The notes beneath the pieces were generated by a model. The model had not been told where the DNA came from and searched no databases. It saw only the letters and a list, made by a program, of their open reading frames with translations. From positions 1 through 64,000 of the forward strand of contig CAVRFW010000012.1 of assembly GCA_963720565.1 (NCBI GenBank): a stretch of DNA of 64,000 nt. The letters are read 5' to 3'. Shown here piece after piece: positions 10,867-21,554 of the stretch. Position 1 is the first letter of the stretch. Each line of letters opens with the position of its first letter. The stretch is from Candidatus Bathyarchaeota archaeon. Its GTDB lineage: Archaea > Thermoproteota > Bathyarchaeia > Bathyarchaeales > Bathycorpusculaceae. The position numbers and the translations under genes were made by a program.

Positions 10867-12171
10867 GTGATCATGAAAATTACCATAGTTCAGTTTCCCT
10901 TCGGAATTGTGGCTTTTGATGAAGACAAGAACGTCGTTGAAAAAGTCTTGTTTTCGAAGAAGACTCATCTAGCAGCTAAAAGCATTCTGAAAATTGAGTC
11001 AGGTAACATCTCTGACGTTACATCTTTGGTGTCAAAGCTCCAGAACCTTGGCTATGACGTTTTTGCTTTCGATACTGCAAACTTGGCCACTGAGGCAGAA
11101 AGAAAACTTAGCCTTAGTGTTAAAGTTCCAGCAGCTTCTGAAATAGAGGCTTTCCGCAATCTCGCAGAAAAAACTGCAATTGAGACCGGCTTTGCCGAAG
11201 ACTCGAAAGCGGTTGCGCTTTGGAATCGGAATGTCAGCATGGAAATAGCAAAGCTGAGGGTCAAAGGTGCAAGTGAAAAAAGAGACTTAGTTATAGCGCA
11301 AGCTATCCAAACACTCGACGATTTAGATAGAACAGTTAATTTGTTCATGGGTCGCCTTCGAGAATGGTATGGCGTACACTTTCCTGAACTCGATCGCCTT
11401 ATCGAAAAACATGAAACTTACGCTCGCCTCGTAATGAACTTAGGCTATAGGGAAGAATTTACTTCTGAAGCACTTGAAAAAGAGGGTATCCCAAAAGAAC
11501 GCGTTGAGATTACAGCAAAAGCTGCTGAGTCGAGTATGGGTGCAGACTTGGCAGAGGCGGATTTGGCGGAAATTCAAGTCCTGAGCAGAGACGTGCTTAA
11601 CCTGTATGAACTTCGAAAGGATATGGAAAACTATGTCGACAGAACAATGGAAGAAGTTGCGCCCAACACCAGAACAATAGCAGGTGCACTTCTCGGAGCA
11701 AGATTGATAGCTATCGCCGGGAGCCTCCAGAATCTGGCTATGCGCCCAGCTAGCACGATTCAGGTTTTGGGTGCAGAGAAAGCGCTTTTCCGTTCACTGA
11801 AGACAGGGGCGCGCCCCCCTAAGCACGGGCTAATCTTCCAACATGCGTTATTGCATGACGCGAAACGTTGGCAAAGAGGAAAGATTGCCAGGGTTATAGC
11901 TGGAAAATTGGCTATTGCGGCGAGGACTGACGCTTTTGGCGGAAAATACGTTGGTAACATCTTAAAGGCAGAAGTGGACAAGCGTATAGAAGAAATTAGG
12001 GCTAAATATGCTGAACCTCCACCGATTAAAGAGAAGAAACCGACAGAATACAGAGAACAAAGGTTCGAGCGGAGGGATCAGAGACCCGAAAGGCAAGGGA
12101 AGCAAAGCCAACCTTGGCGTGATAGACGAGACCGAAAGTGGAGAAAAAATAGGCGTGCACGTGAAGGTTAA
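10867..12171 (+). CDS. nop5: C/D box RNP protein Nop5/Nop56
   Basis: REWYGVHFPEL, PASTIQVLGAEKALF, PPKHG. Confidence 0.95.
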   Translation: MIMKITIVQFPFGIVAFDEDKNVVEKVLFSKKTHLAAKSILKIESGNISDVTSLVSKLQNLGYDVFAFDTANLATEAERKLSLSVKVPAASEIEAFRNLAEKTAIETGFAEDSKAVALWNRNVSMEIAKLRVKGASEKRDLVIAQAIQTLDDLDRTVNLFMGRLREWYGVHFPELDRLIEKHETYARLVMNLGYREEFTSEALEKEGIPKERVEITAKAAESSMGADLAEADLAEIQVLSRDVLNLYELRKDMENYVDRTMEEVAPNTRTIAGALLGARLIAIAGSLQNLAMRPASTIQVLGAEKALFRSLKTGARPPKHGLIFQHALLHDAKRWQRGKIARVIAGKLAIAARTDAFGGKYVGNILKAEVDKRIEEIRAKYAEPPPIKEKKPTEYREQRFERRDQRPERQGKQSQPWRDRRDRKWRKNRRAREG

Positions 12172-12853
12172 GCCTCATTCCCAGTTCGCAGAAATCTATC
12201 AAGCTTACCTTGAAGATGGCGCCCAACGATTAGCTACAAAGAATCTTGTGCCAGGGAAAACTGTCTATGGGGAACGACTATTCCGCTTCAAGGGCACAGA
12301 GTATCGTATCTGGGACGCGTTCAGGAGCAAGCTTGCTGCAGCCATAATCAAGGGTGTTCAAGTAGTGCCCATCAAATCGGGCTCCAAAGTTCTTTATCTA
12401 GGCGCTGCATCCGGGACCACACCCAGCCATGTTTCCGACATTGTAGGAGACGAAGGTCACGTTTACTGTGTGGAATTCGCCTCAAGATCCATCCGAGATT
12501 TGGTTGATAACGTATGTGCAATAAGGTTTAACATGTCGCCATTTCTGGCTGACGCGCGCCTGCCAGAAAAATACCGCATTTTTGTTCAAGGAAAAGTCGA
12601 CTGCATTTACTGTGACATAGCGCAACCTGAACAAGCTAGGGTGCTTGCAGATAACGCTGACGTTTTCCTTAAGCCCTCTGGCTGGATTATGTTAGCCGTG
12701 AAATCCCAGAGCATCGATGTCACCAGAGACCCGGAAGAGATTTATGCGCAGGAATCAAGAATTCTTAAACAACGAGGCTTTGATGTTAGGCAAGTTGTGC
12801 ACTTGGAGCCTTACGATAAGGCGCACGCTATGATTGTAGCGCAACTTCTCTGA
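12161..12853 (+). CDS. flpA: Fibrillarin rRNA/tRNA 2'-O-methyltransferase
   Basis: VYGE, RSKLAA, VLYLGAASGTT, DIAQPEQ; GTG start overlaps the nop5 end. Confidence 0.95.
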   Translation: MKVKPHSQFAEIYQAYLEDGAQRLATKNLVPGKTVYGERLFRFKGTEYRIWDAFRSKLAAAIIKGVQVVPIKSGSKVLYLGAASGTTPSHVSDIVGDEGHVYCVEFASRSIRDLVDNVCAIRFNMSPFLADARLPEKYRIFVQGKVDCIYCDIAQPEQARVLADNADVFLKPSGWIMLAVKSQSIDVTRDPEEIYAQESRILKQRGFDVRQVVHLEPYDKAHAMIVAQLL

Positions 12854-12918
12854 TTTAACCCCCTATCGAAGCATCGTTTATATTTTTCACTGCAATTCCT
12901 ACTCTGTGTGACAGCCAG

Positions 12919-13863
12919 ATGAATCATTGGGAAATGGAAAACGCGGTTCAGCTTGGCGTCACGCTTAAGGAAGCAGGCTTCCAAGTTTCCCAAATGTGCT
13001 GTTCACGTTCAAGCTGTTTCGATTTTGCAGCTAGAAAGAACGGCAAGTTAGTTTTGGCAAAGGTTGATTCTGACGTTGACACGTTTTCCCCAGAAGATTC
13101 ACGTGAACTCAGAGTCATAGCTAGTCGTGTTTCCAGTGCATCGCTCGTTGTAAGTCAGCAAACTCATGGTAAACCTCTGCAGGATGACACAGTGTATTCA
13201 AGGTACGGCGTGTTTGTTGTGACTGAAAAGACCGCGAAGAACCTTGCCTTGGAAATGGGTAATCCTCTGGTTTTCGCCAATCCAGGCGGATACAGCGTGG
13301 AAATCGATGGCAAACTAATTGAGAAAAGGAGAATAGAACTCGGTTTGTCAATTGGCCAGCTTGCCGAGATGATTGGTGTTTCACGCAGAACTCTTTACAG
13401 TTATGAGAGAGGAACTGCAAAAGCATCGGTTACTCCCGCCTACAGAATTGAAGAGACTCTAGGTGTTGCAGTTGCCAAACCGATAAACGTCTTTGAAAGA
13501 ACACAAAAACAGCGTCAATGCCTACTCTTGAAAACGAAGTATGCCATTGCACACAAGACAGTTCTCTACAAGGTCTTCGAGAAATTCGCCTCATGCGATA
13601 TCTCGCCTGTTCACAAGGCGCCTTTTGATTTCATACTGAATGATTCAGAGAGTAAGAGTGTCATCATAGGCTGCGTAGGCGCGAACGATGAAAGTAACCT
13701 GGAGAACCGAATAGAGGAAACGGCGAGTTTCTGTAAGGTGACAGGAACACATCCGGTTCTTATCACGAGAAAAGAGAAAAGCTCCGGTGGAAACATTCCC
13801 TGCTTTTGCCTTGATGAGTTATCTTTGTTGCGATCAACTGAAGACCTAATCATGAAGGTTTAA
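12919..13863 (+). CDS. Archaeal transcriptional regulator with central Cro/C1 HTH (COG1395-like)
   Basis: SCFDFAAR; RRIELGLSIGQLAEMIGVSRRTLYSYE; KAPFD. Confidence 0.8.
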   Translation: MNHWEMENAVQLGVTLKEAGFQVSQMCCSRSSCFDFAARKNGKLVLAKVDSDVDTFSPEDSRELRVIASRVSSASLVVSQQTHGKPLQDDTVYSRYGVFVVTEKTAKNLALEMGNPLVFANPGGYSVEIDGKLIEKRRIELGLSIGQLAEMIGVSRRTLYSYERGTAKASVTPAYRIEETLGVAVAKPINVFERTQKQRQCLLLKTKYAIAHKTVLYKVFEKFASCDISPVHKAPFDFILNDSESKSVIIGCVGANDESNLENRIEETASFCKVTGTHPVLITRKEKSSGGNIPCFCLDELSLLRSTEDLIMKV

Positions 13864-14522
13864 ACCAGTTTCTTCTGCACAGCATCTATTTCGCTTCTGA
13901 CCTTCTTAGCTGGTTTCCATGATTTCCTAACGCAGTCAGGATAATCACGATTGCATTTCAGCCAGCTCTTCAGAAAGAGTATGGTTTTGGGGTCTGTAAG
14001 ATATCCACTGCCAAAGTCGCCATATTCACATCTCAAATCCGCGATGGCCCTGTCGCGTTCGACCTTGGCCAAGATGGAAGCTGCAGACACAACCGGGTAA
14101 GTCTTGTCTGCTCTGTGCTCTGAAATAATTCTCACCTTAAACGACAAGCCTTCCTGAATATGCTGCTTGAAACGGTCTTCAAAAACGTCAGCGGCATCCA
14201 CATAGGCTACATCAGGTCTGAGAACATCTATTACTTGAGTCATGGTTTTTGCTTCTAGCCGGTTGAGTTTGTGAAGTTTTCTCCCACTATCTACTGCCTT
14301 GTCAATTTCTTTAGGCTCTATCTTCACAATGTGCCAGCTTTCCGCTTCACGATTTATTTCAAGCGCCAGTGACTCACGTTTCTTTGGCGACAGAATTTTC
14401 GAATCTCTAACGCCCAAACTAACCAGAACATGTATTCTGTCTTCTCTAAGCGCAACCCCGGCGATAACCAAAGGGCCTATTACACATCCGCGGCCTGCTT
14501 CATCTATCCCAGCGACCAACAT
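13860..14522 (-). CDS. rnhB: Ribonuclease HII
   Basis: GIDEAGRG, DSK, VSAASILAKVERD, GSGY. Confidence 0.96.
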   Translation of the reverse strand: MLVAGIDEAGRGCVIGPLVIAGVALREDRIHVLVSLGVRDSKILSPKKRESLALEINREAESWHIVKIEPKEIDKAVDSGRKLHKLNRLEAKTMTQVIDVLRPDVAYVDAADVFEDRFKQHIQEGLSFKVRIISEHRADKTYPVVSAASILAKVERDRAIADLRCEYGDFGSGYLTDPKTILFLKSWLKCNRDYPDCVRKSWKPAKKVRSEIDAVQKKLV

Positions 14523-14730
14523 CCTAACAATGGCTCCATGGAATGGCTATTCTTCAATCTAAGCTAATAATTCTTCTCCAAACATTCATAACCCAAAACA
14601 ATTTGGTTCATTCTCATTACCACCGTTCAAGGGCATCACAGGCTTTTTTTGGAGCATTAAACTGAGACCAGAAGTCTAATATGCCCATGAATTTCTTCTC
14701 ATATCCAACCTGACAACAAGGCTTAGAAAT

Positions 14731-15942
14731 ATGACACAAGAAGAATCTGCAACAAACTTTCCAAGCGAGGTGGTGAAGGAAGGAAAAACCAAAGTGGTTG
14801 TTCCCAAATTGTCCTCTTATAGAAAACAGCCTTCCGATTATGCCCCCTCAAAAGCTCCAGTGTTCTATAACCCGGTCATGGAGTTGAACCGTGACATAGC
14901 AATTCTAGTTGCCCAGGTTTATCAGCACAAAGTCAACAGGGAAATCTCCATCTGTGAGCCCTTAACCAGCTCAGGAATCCGAGGCGTTCGACTGGCGACA
15001 GAAGTGCAAAATGTGAGAGTGACTTTGGGTGATATTAACAAGCATGCCTTCCAACTTGCAAAACACAATGTTGCCTTGAACATGCTCGGTGACCGAGTCA
15101 CAGTTCAGAATGAAGACGCAAACTGCCTCCTAAGTTGCCATAGCGCACCATACAAGAGATTTGACATAATAGATGTTGATCCTTTCGGTTCTCCTGTACC
15201 TTACTTGGACTCGGCCATCAGAGCTTTGCGTAACAAAGGATTCTTGGCCATTACCGCAACTGATTTAGCTCCGCTGTGCGGAGTGCACGTCAAAGCATGC
15301 GTAAGGAAATATGGCGGAAAACCCTTGCGCACAGAATACTGCCAAGAACTCGCGATTCGACTTGTAGCCGGAAGTGCGGTAACGGCAGCTGCTAGACAAG
15401 ATATTGGCATTCGCGTCTTTTTCAGCCACTCCACGGACCATTATGTCAGGGTTTATTTTGAAATAGTATACGGAGCAAAAAAGGCCGATGAAAGCGTAAA
15501 AAACGTGGGATACATCCTTCATTGTTTCAACTGTCTGCACAGAGAAACCGCAAAGACCGCCTTCGCAGTGTGCACATGCCCCGAATGTGGTGGGGAAATG
15601 GACTACGCTGGACCACTATGGCTCGGAAACATCTTCAACAAAGCATTCTGCGAGTCAATGGCAAAAGAAAATGAACACGTAGCCTTAAGAAACAGCGCAA
15701 GGATTGATAAACTTTTAACTTTAGCCAAGAACGAAGCTGATGCGCCACCCACCTATTATGTTATTGACAAAGTAAGTAACAAACTGCGGTTGCCTGTGCC
15801 CTCTTTGGATGCTATGACGAAACTGCTAATTTCTTCAGGTTTTGGCGCTGTTCCCACGCATTTCAATTCTCGAGGCTTCAGAACGGAGGCATCCGCTTTG
15901 AAAATCCGCGATTTGGTACAGAAGGCCGTTATGTCTACATAG
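14731..15942 (+). CDS. trm1: tRNA (guanine-26-N2)-dimethyltransferase
   Basis: VFYNPVMELNRD, SGIRG, DVDPFGSP, GPLW. Confidence 0.95.
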   Translation: MTQEESATNFPSEVVKEGKTKVVVPKLSSYRKQPSDYAPSKAPVFYNPVMELNRDIAILVAQVYQHKVNREISICEPLTSSGIRGVRLATEVQNVRVTLGDINKHAFQLAKHNVALNMLGDRVTVQNEDANCLLSCHSAPYKRFDIIDVDPFGSPVPYLDSAIRALRNKGFLAITATDLAPLCGVHVKACVRKYGGKPLRTEYCQELAIRLVAGSAVTAAARQDIGIRVFFSHSTDHYVRVYFEIVYGAKKADESVKNVGYILHCFNCLHRETAKTAFAVCTCPECGGEMDYAGPLWLGNIFNKAFCESMAKENEHVALRNSARIDKLLTLAKNEADAPPTYYVIDKVSNKLRLPVPSLDAMTKLLISSGFGAVPTHFNSRGFRTEASALKIRDLVQKAVMST

Positions 15943-16020
15943 AGACTGGTCTTCCTTTGAAAGGCCTAAAGAAAGTTTAAGAGCAGAATTCAGAGTATAC
16001 TCAGAAGAGTGAGAGTTCGT

Positions 16021-16833
16021 ATGGCAGATAGAATTGCCGTAATAGGCGCAGGAATGATGGGTACCGCAATAGTGAAAAGCCTGATAAAAAGCGAGTACGA
16101 GGGTAAAATTGCAGTGGCCGATGTTGCACTAGATAGACTTGATGAACACAAGAAACTGGGTGTGATTGTGAGCACTGACAACCGGCACGTTGCATCAGAA
16201 GCTGACGTTGTCTTTATTGCAGTTAAACCGGGTGAAGTTGAAAAAGTTCTCAAGCAAATTAAAGGCGAAACCAAAAACAAATTGGTTATATCTCTTGCTG
16301 CTACGGTTCCTCTAAATTTCCTAAGAAAGAGTGTTCCTGAGGCGAAGCTTGTAAGAATTATGCCAAATGTGGCCGCAGCCGTTCAAGCATCTTACACTGC
16401 TTATTGTTGCGGAGATACTGTAACGCCTAAAGAGAAAGAAAAAGTTCGAATGCTCTTGAATCTTATGGGCGTTTGCGAAGAAGTTGAAGAAAAGTACATG
16501 GATGCCATAACGGCTCTGACTGGTAGCGGGCCAGGATACATTTCCATTATAATTGAGGCACTCATGTACGCAGGATTGAAGGTAGGATTACCCAAAACTG
16601 TTGCGTTGTATGGTGCTGCACAAACGGTTTTGGGCACTGGAAAACTTGTGATGGACTTGCATGAACATCCTTCAGAAGTGAAGGATATGGTCACAACCCC
16701 GGGAGGAACAACAATCGAGGGCATATACGAGCTCGAGGGGTGTCAAATTCGGCAAGCACTTATGCGGGCAGTCGAAGAGGCAACCAAAAAAAGCCAGCTA
16801 ATCCGGGAAAGAATGGGGTTTACCCAGCAGTAG
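16021..16833 (+). CDS. proC: Pyrroline-5-carboxylate reductase
   Basis: IGAGMMG, RIMPN, GSGPG, VTTPGGTT. Confidence 0.95.
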   Translation: MADRIAVIGAGMMGTAIVKSLIKSEYEGKIAVADVALDRLDEHKKLGVIVSTDNRHVASEADVVFIAVKPGEVEKVLKQIKGETKNKLVISLAATVPLNFLRKSVPEAKLVRIMPNVAAAVQASYTAYCCGDTVTPKEKEKVRMLLNLMGVCEEVEEKYMDAITALTGSGPGYISIIIEALMYAGLKVGLPKTVALYGAAQTVLGTGKLVMDLHEHPSEVKDMVTTPGGTTIEGIYELEGCQIRQALMRAVEEATKKSQLIRERMGFTQQ

Positions 16834-16856
16834 ATCAAATTCCAAGTGCTTCTGAA

Positions 16857-17516
16857 ATGTTTGACACAGTCATATTTGACTGGGATGGAACACTAGCCGA
16901 CACAAGACGCGTAGTTGTAGCTTCTTTTCAAAACGCGCTTAGGGAAATTCAATGCAGAATAAGCGACGAGTTCATCGAGAGACGGATAGGAATCGGGTCA
17001 GCGGAAACCTTTAGAGAAATACTCCGCCACAAAAAGGTGAAAACTGACCAAGCTCTAATTGCGCATCTTGTTGGGAAGAAAATCGCGGCAGAACTCGAAA
17101 TGGACAACGAAATAAGACTCTTTGAGGGTGCCATAGAACTTCTTGAATCCCTGCGAGGAAGAGTCAAGCTTGGTTTGGCCTCAATGAACAACCGAGACGT
17201 GATAGAACACGCGCTTCAATCAAGGGGCATTCGAAAACTATTCAACACTGTTATTACAGCCGAAGACATATCCAGACCGAAGCCCACTCCTGAAATCTTC
17301 TTGAAATGTGCAATAATACTGACAAGCAGTCCAGGCAAGTGTGTTGTTATAGAAGACTCCATTTTCGGAGTTGTCGCAGCCAAAAGTGCAGAAATGAGCT
17401 GCATTGCAGTTCTCACTGGCGTTTACTCAAAAGAGGATTTGAGTAAGGCGCATCCAGATTTAATCCTTAATTCTCTAATGCAGCAGCGAGAAATCCTCGA
17501 CTTCATTTTCAAATGA
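16857..17516 (+). CDS. HAD-family phosphatase
   Basis: FDWDGTL, KPTPEIF, IEDS. Confidence 0.9.
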   Translation: MFDTVIFDWDGTLADTRRVVVASFQNALREIQCRISDEFIERRIGIGSAETFREILRHKKVKTDQALIAHLVGKKIAAELEMDNEIRLFEGAIELLESLRGRVKLGLASMNNRDVIEHALQSRGIRKLFNTVITAEDISRPKPTPEIFLKCAIILTSSPGKCVVIEDSIFGVVAAKSAEMSCIAVLTGVYSKEDLSKAHPDLILNSLMQQREILDFIFK

Positions 17517-17988
17517 TTCAAAAACAGATAGAAGCTGTCGCGCGCGTGCAGGCTTAAACCCAACATGAAAAAAGGCTTTCTATCTTCTATAAGATTCTTC
17601 CATAAACGATATTTGGAGCTTTCTTCTAATCAGTGAATGTGGGAGAGGAGAATGAGAGAGGATAGTTTACTTTTTATCGCTCAGGTTACTTGTGACCATG
17701 CTAAACAGAGGCACTATACACAGACAAACTTCGATATTCTAAACGGTTTTGAATGCATCTTAACGCGATGCATAGAATGTCACAAGGTGCTCATGATGAA
17801 AGTGAGCAAAATCAACTAGTTCTTCACCGACAAGCATTCTTGCGAGGCTAAACTAAAATAGACTGTTGAATATTTTCAGATCAGAGCGTTCGCTTATAAA
17901 AGATTTCTAGAATCTTCTTGGAAAGACTGAAGAATTCATTGAAGCCTACATTTGTGCTCGGTCATATTTTTTAAAAGGAAAATTGAAA

Positions 17989-18034
17989 ACTGTCGATTTC
18001 AACAGTTGAGTTTTAGACTGTTATTTAAAACAGT
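17989..18034. promoter_or_regulatory. Two tandem palindromic operator-like sites
   Basis: ACTGTC-N6-AACAGT (17989-18006) and ACTGTT-N6-AACAGT (18017-18034). Confidence 0.55.
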
Positions 18035-18106
18035 CTTTTATTCTGCCAGTTGGCACTAAGGGAACGGTGTGACATGGGTTGCAGAACTCTAAGCGTGGAG
18101 TGATAG

Positions 18107-18757
18107 TTGTTGGCTAACGGTTTTCAGGAAAAATGGAAGGATAGGGAGGACACATCTTATGCCTCTAGGGTCCGAAACATTGGCAAATCATCCCAAGGTT
18201 TGAAGCATCAAATCGGGGTTGTTACTCAAAAGATAGAAGTTCAGACAAGGGCGCTAGATAATGCTGTTAAACGTTTCGGGAATCGTGATGCTGCCCTATT
18301 TGCTCGCGTCGCCAAGGCCCTATCAGAAAGGGACACATTGCGGGCTAAAGTGTTTGCTAACGAATTAGCGGAAATTAGGAAGGTGGAAAAGATGCTATTA
18401 CAAGCTCAACTAGCCTTGGAAAGTGTCTCATTGCGTCTCAATACTGTTTCAGAACTTGGAGACCTTGTAACGGTACTGTCTCCTGTGGCAAACGTTCTTG
18501 GAAGCGTTCGTGAAGGGATGTCAAATGTGTTTCCGGAGGCTGATCGAGAGATGGGCAGCATAGGCAATTTGCTGAGTGACTTGCTTTCCTCGACAAATCA
18601 GAACATGGATTTGCCGGCAAACGTCGGAAAGGTAGACGCAGAAGCTGAGAAAATACTGCAGGAGGCTGAATTGGCTGCCGAAAAGAGGCTCAGAGCGCGA
18701 CTTCCAGACGTAGGATCTACAATTTCCGCCAAAGAGAGGACAGCCCTTGATTCTTAA
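18107..18757 (+). CDS. Snf7/ESCRT-III (CdvB-like) protein
   Basis: AKVFANELAEIRK..QLALESVSLRL..ELGD..AEKILQEA; MIM2-like LPDV near the C-terminus. Confidence 0.9.
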   Translation: MLANGFQEKWKDREDTSYASRVRNIGKSSQGLKHQIGVVTQKIEVQTRALDNAVKRFGNRDAALFARVAKALSERDTLRAKVFANELAEIRKVEKMLLQAQLALESVSLRLNTVSELGDLVTVLSPVANVLGSVREGMSNVFPEADREMGSIGNLLSDLLSSTNQNMDLPANVGKVDAEAEKILQEAELAAEKRLRARLPDVGSTISAKERTALDS

Positions 18758-19010
18758 CTAAAGCATGCTCGCAACATCGTCGAACAAATATTGCTGCTGC
18801 GATCGACCATTATAATCGTTTGGAAAGGAGGCATTTCGGGAAATCATGGATACTGTTTTCTAGGTTAGAATGATGCAAGGCGAGATACTTCTTATCCTAG
18901 GTGTTGCTGATGAATGGTTGTTGAGAAAACACTATCTTCTATTCAGTATTCATGATTCATAATGCTTTTTTGTCTCCACGCTGGTTTCAATTGTGGTGTG
19001 AAAACTGAGC

Positions 19011-19698
19011 TTGCAGAGCTTACAGGGTTTTTTCAATAATTCTTGGTTCAAACGGTTGGCTCTGGTTGTATACATAGCTTGCGCAGTCATTGTTTATTTT
19101 CTTCTAACAAGGATTGACCTAGTTGTTCATGGAGATTTGTATTACTTTGGCTTGGTTTTTAGTTCGGAGTGGGCAGATCCATATCGGCTTTACATGTGGT
19201 CGATTTACGCATGTTTGGTTATTCCGATCGCCTTAAGCAGTATAGTATTAGGTTGGAGTTTCATGGAGAAGACACAGAAGATTCCTGAAAAACCACAGAA
19301 GACATTGGAAATGTCGGTTAGAGCTTCCAGAGACTGTTATGAAAACAACAGGGAAACCACCCAAGCCAGTTGAGAGGATTCAGAAAGCACCAGAAAAAAC
19401 TCAGCGCGTTCCCGAGGTAAAGATGAGCTTTGAATCAAAAGATGCCGAAAAGCCTCGAGTAACCAGTGGAGGAGCAAATGGAAATAGCGAATTCAGTAAT
19501 GGTATGATAATCGCCTGTCCAAAATGCAAGAAGGTGTTCAGCAGACCTTTGGTTATGCTTGATTTTGGGGGCGGAAAGCCTAAACTCGTGAACGTTTGTC
19601 CCTACTGTAATCAAGCATTAGGCAGCACTGATGAAAAGCAGGGCCTCGAGTTCGGTGTTGATTTAGAGGATAAAGGCAGAAGAGTTACTTTGGGTTAG
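19011..19698 (+). CDS. Two-TM membrane protein with Lys/Pro linker and C-terminal Zn ribbon (frameshift near 19320)
   Basis: IDLVVHGDLYYFGLVFS TM region; removing one base gives ..SVELPETVMKTT.., joining to CPKC..CPYC. Confidence 0.7.
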
Positions 19699-19873
19699 TG
19701 CGAGAAAGCTTGCACTTTTTAGGAGTCGAATTTTGTTGTCTCTGCTATTCTTTCTTGGTTTATGCTCGGCCATTTGTTTTTCTGATTTGACATAGTGTGG
19801 TTTCTGTAATATTGTTCCTGTTAGAATGAGCTTCTTATTTATTGAGAGACAAGATAATATTTGATGAAGCAAA

Positions 19874-20155
19874 ATGCTTGAGGAAAAATGTTCGGAGGAA
19901 AAACAGGAAAAACGTCAATTTGACCTACATACTGCCCTTTGGAAAATTACCGCTCTAGATGAACAGTTGCAAGCATTAGACGGAGCCAAAACAAGTCTTC
20001 TCGAAATAGAAAGAAAACTCATGAACATGATTGACCAAGAGATTGAGGGAAGAGCAGAGAAACGAGAACTGTTGGAAGGGGAAGTCACAGAACTCAAGCA
20101 GAGATGCGACAAATTATTATTCTTCGTAAATACTTTCCGCCAAGAGCAACCATGA
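19874..20155 (+). CDS. Small coiled-coil hypothetical protein
   Basis: Heptad-rich, Glu/Lys/Leu-rich 93-aa ORF. Confidence 0.6.
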   Translation: MLEEKCSEEKQEKRQFDLHTALWKITALDEQLQALDGAKTSLLEIERKLMNMIDQEIEGRAEKRELLEGEVTELKQRCDKLLFFVNTFRQEQP

Positions 20156-20351
20156 GTTCTGATACAACCATTCATTCTTACCATAGTGAAGTTCTCAAGC
20201 ATATATTAAAAGAAGCAAAGACTCCAGGTCACGACGGGACGACCTGGTATTTCGCCGAGTTCGTGAAACACCTCGGTAGTTCTGCGGAACACTAAGTTTT
20301 CAAAAGTAGGATTTTGGGATTAGCTGGACCTGAACTTGCGTTTGTAACAGC

Positions 20352-21534
20352 TTAGACTTTAGCGAGTTTTATCCAGGAGGTTATCTCTTCGATTGTTGGT
20401 TTTTCGCGCTTCCGAGATTTGATTTTTCTCTACGAGACCCTTATAGATTCCATTTATTCTTCTGCTGAGGTCTATCGGATCCTGGTTTGCCAGTGTCTTT
20501 CTATCTGTTACACCAACTTCTTCTAGGAGTGTTAAGTCTTTTCCTTTTACGCCTGGAACCATGGCGAGCTGAGCTAGCCCCTGCAATTTCTCAACAGTAC
20601 CTATGGATGTGCTTGTCTTGTCCGCGATTATCGGGGGGTCGGTCAGGATAAATTCGGCCACGTTCGTTATGCCGATTTCTTTCAGTTCGTTTGCTTTCTT
20701 CGGTCCTATTCCTTTAACGTCTTCTGTATTGCTTAAACTATTGAGTTCTGGTTTAGGCTTGACTACTTCCTCTTTTATCGTGTCTAGCTTCGATTTCATG
20801 TCTGCGATGTCGTCTTTCTGCTTCAAAACTGTGGACACAGCCTTTTTGTTGCTTTGTTCTTGTTGCTCAGAGTAAGTCTTGATTTCGCCAAGTTGTTTTG
20901 CCATTTCTTCTTGAATATCCGATAGTTTGCTGTCAAATCTGTTGGTCAAGTTCATTTGGCTTTGTTTTATGGCCTCCCCCTGAGCAGTCAGCCCTTTTGA
21001 AACCTCTTTTCTAACGTTCTCTAGACTATTGTCAACAACTAATGTCTGTGATTGCACGTCTTCCATGATTTTTTGCTGGGATTGCTGTCCTAAATCTATC
21101 GTCTGTTTTATTTCGTCGCCTTGTTTGCCAAGTTTTTCTGTGACGTCTTTTCTGGTTCTTTCTATGTTTTCGTCTACTAGAAAAACTCGTGCCTGCATGC
21201 TTTCCAAGAGCTTAAACTGGCTTTCTTGGTTATTTTCCAGGATACTAACTTTGTCGGCAATTGCTTTAAGTTGTTCTGTGTTCGACAGACTTTTTACCAG
21301 TGCATCAACAGTAACCCCGCCTAAAATCAGGGCTGCAAGCACTGAGATAAACAAGTAAACCAATACAGGAATCTCCCCAGTCAGACCGCCAATCAAATAA
21401 GGCTGGAATAACGCGTTAAGTCCAAGACTAATCGACATGGTTATCGCGTGAATTGCGCCAAGTACCGCTAAAATGGAAAGAATTCCCAATATCCAAATTG
21501 TTGAGCTTTTCATATTTCCAAACCTCAGATACAC
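20352..21534 (-). CDS. Membrane-anchored coiled-coil protein with DUF4332/HhH domain (frameshift near 20407)
   Basis: Two TM helices, long coiled coil, DVKGIGPKKANELKEIGI; the corrected end reads EKPTIEEITSWIKLAKV*. Confidence 0.8.
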
Positions 21535-21554
21535 ATATTATGAAATATTGTTTA

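Noticed and set aside
17637..17819. 60-aa ORF with a CxxC motif
   Set aside because: Plausible small gene, but there is no recognisable homology to support a call
17989..18034. A true LexA/SOS regulon
   Set aside because: No lexA in the window, and I saw no such box upstream of tag or the DUF72 genes; only the geometry matches
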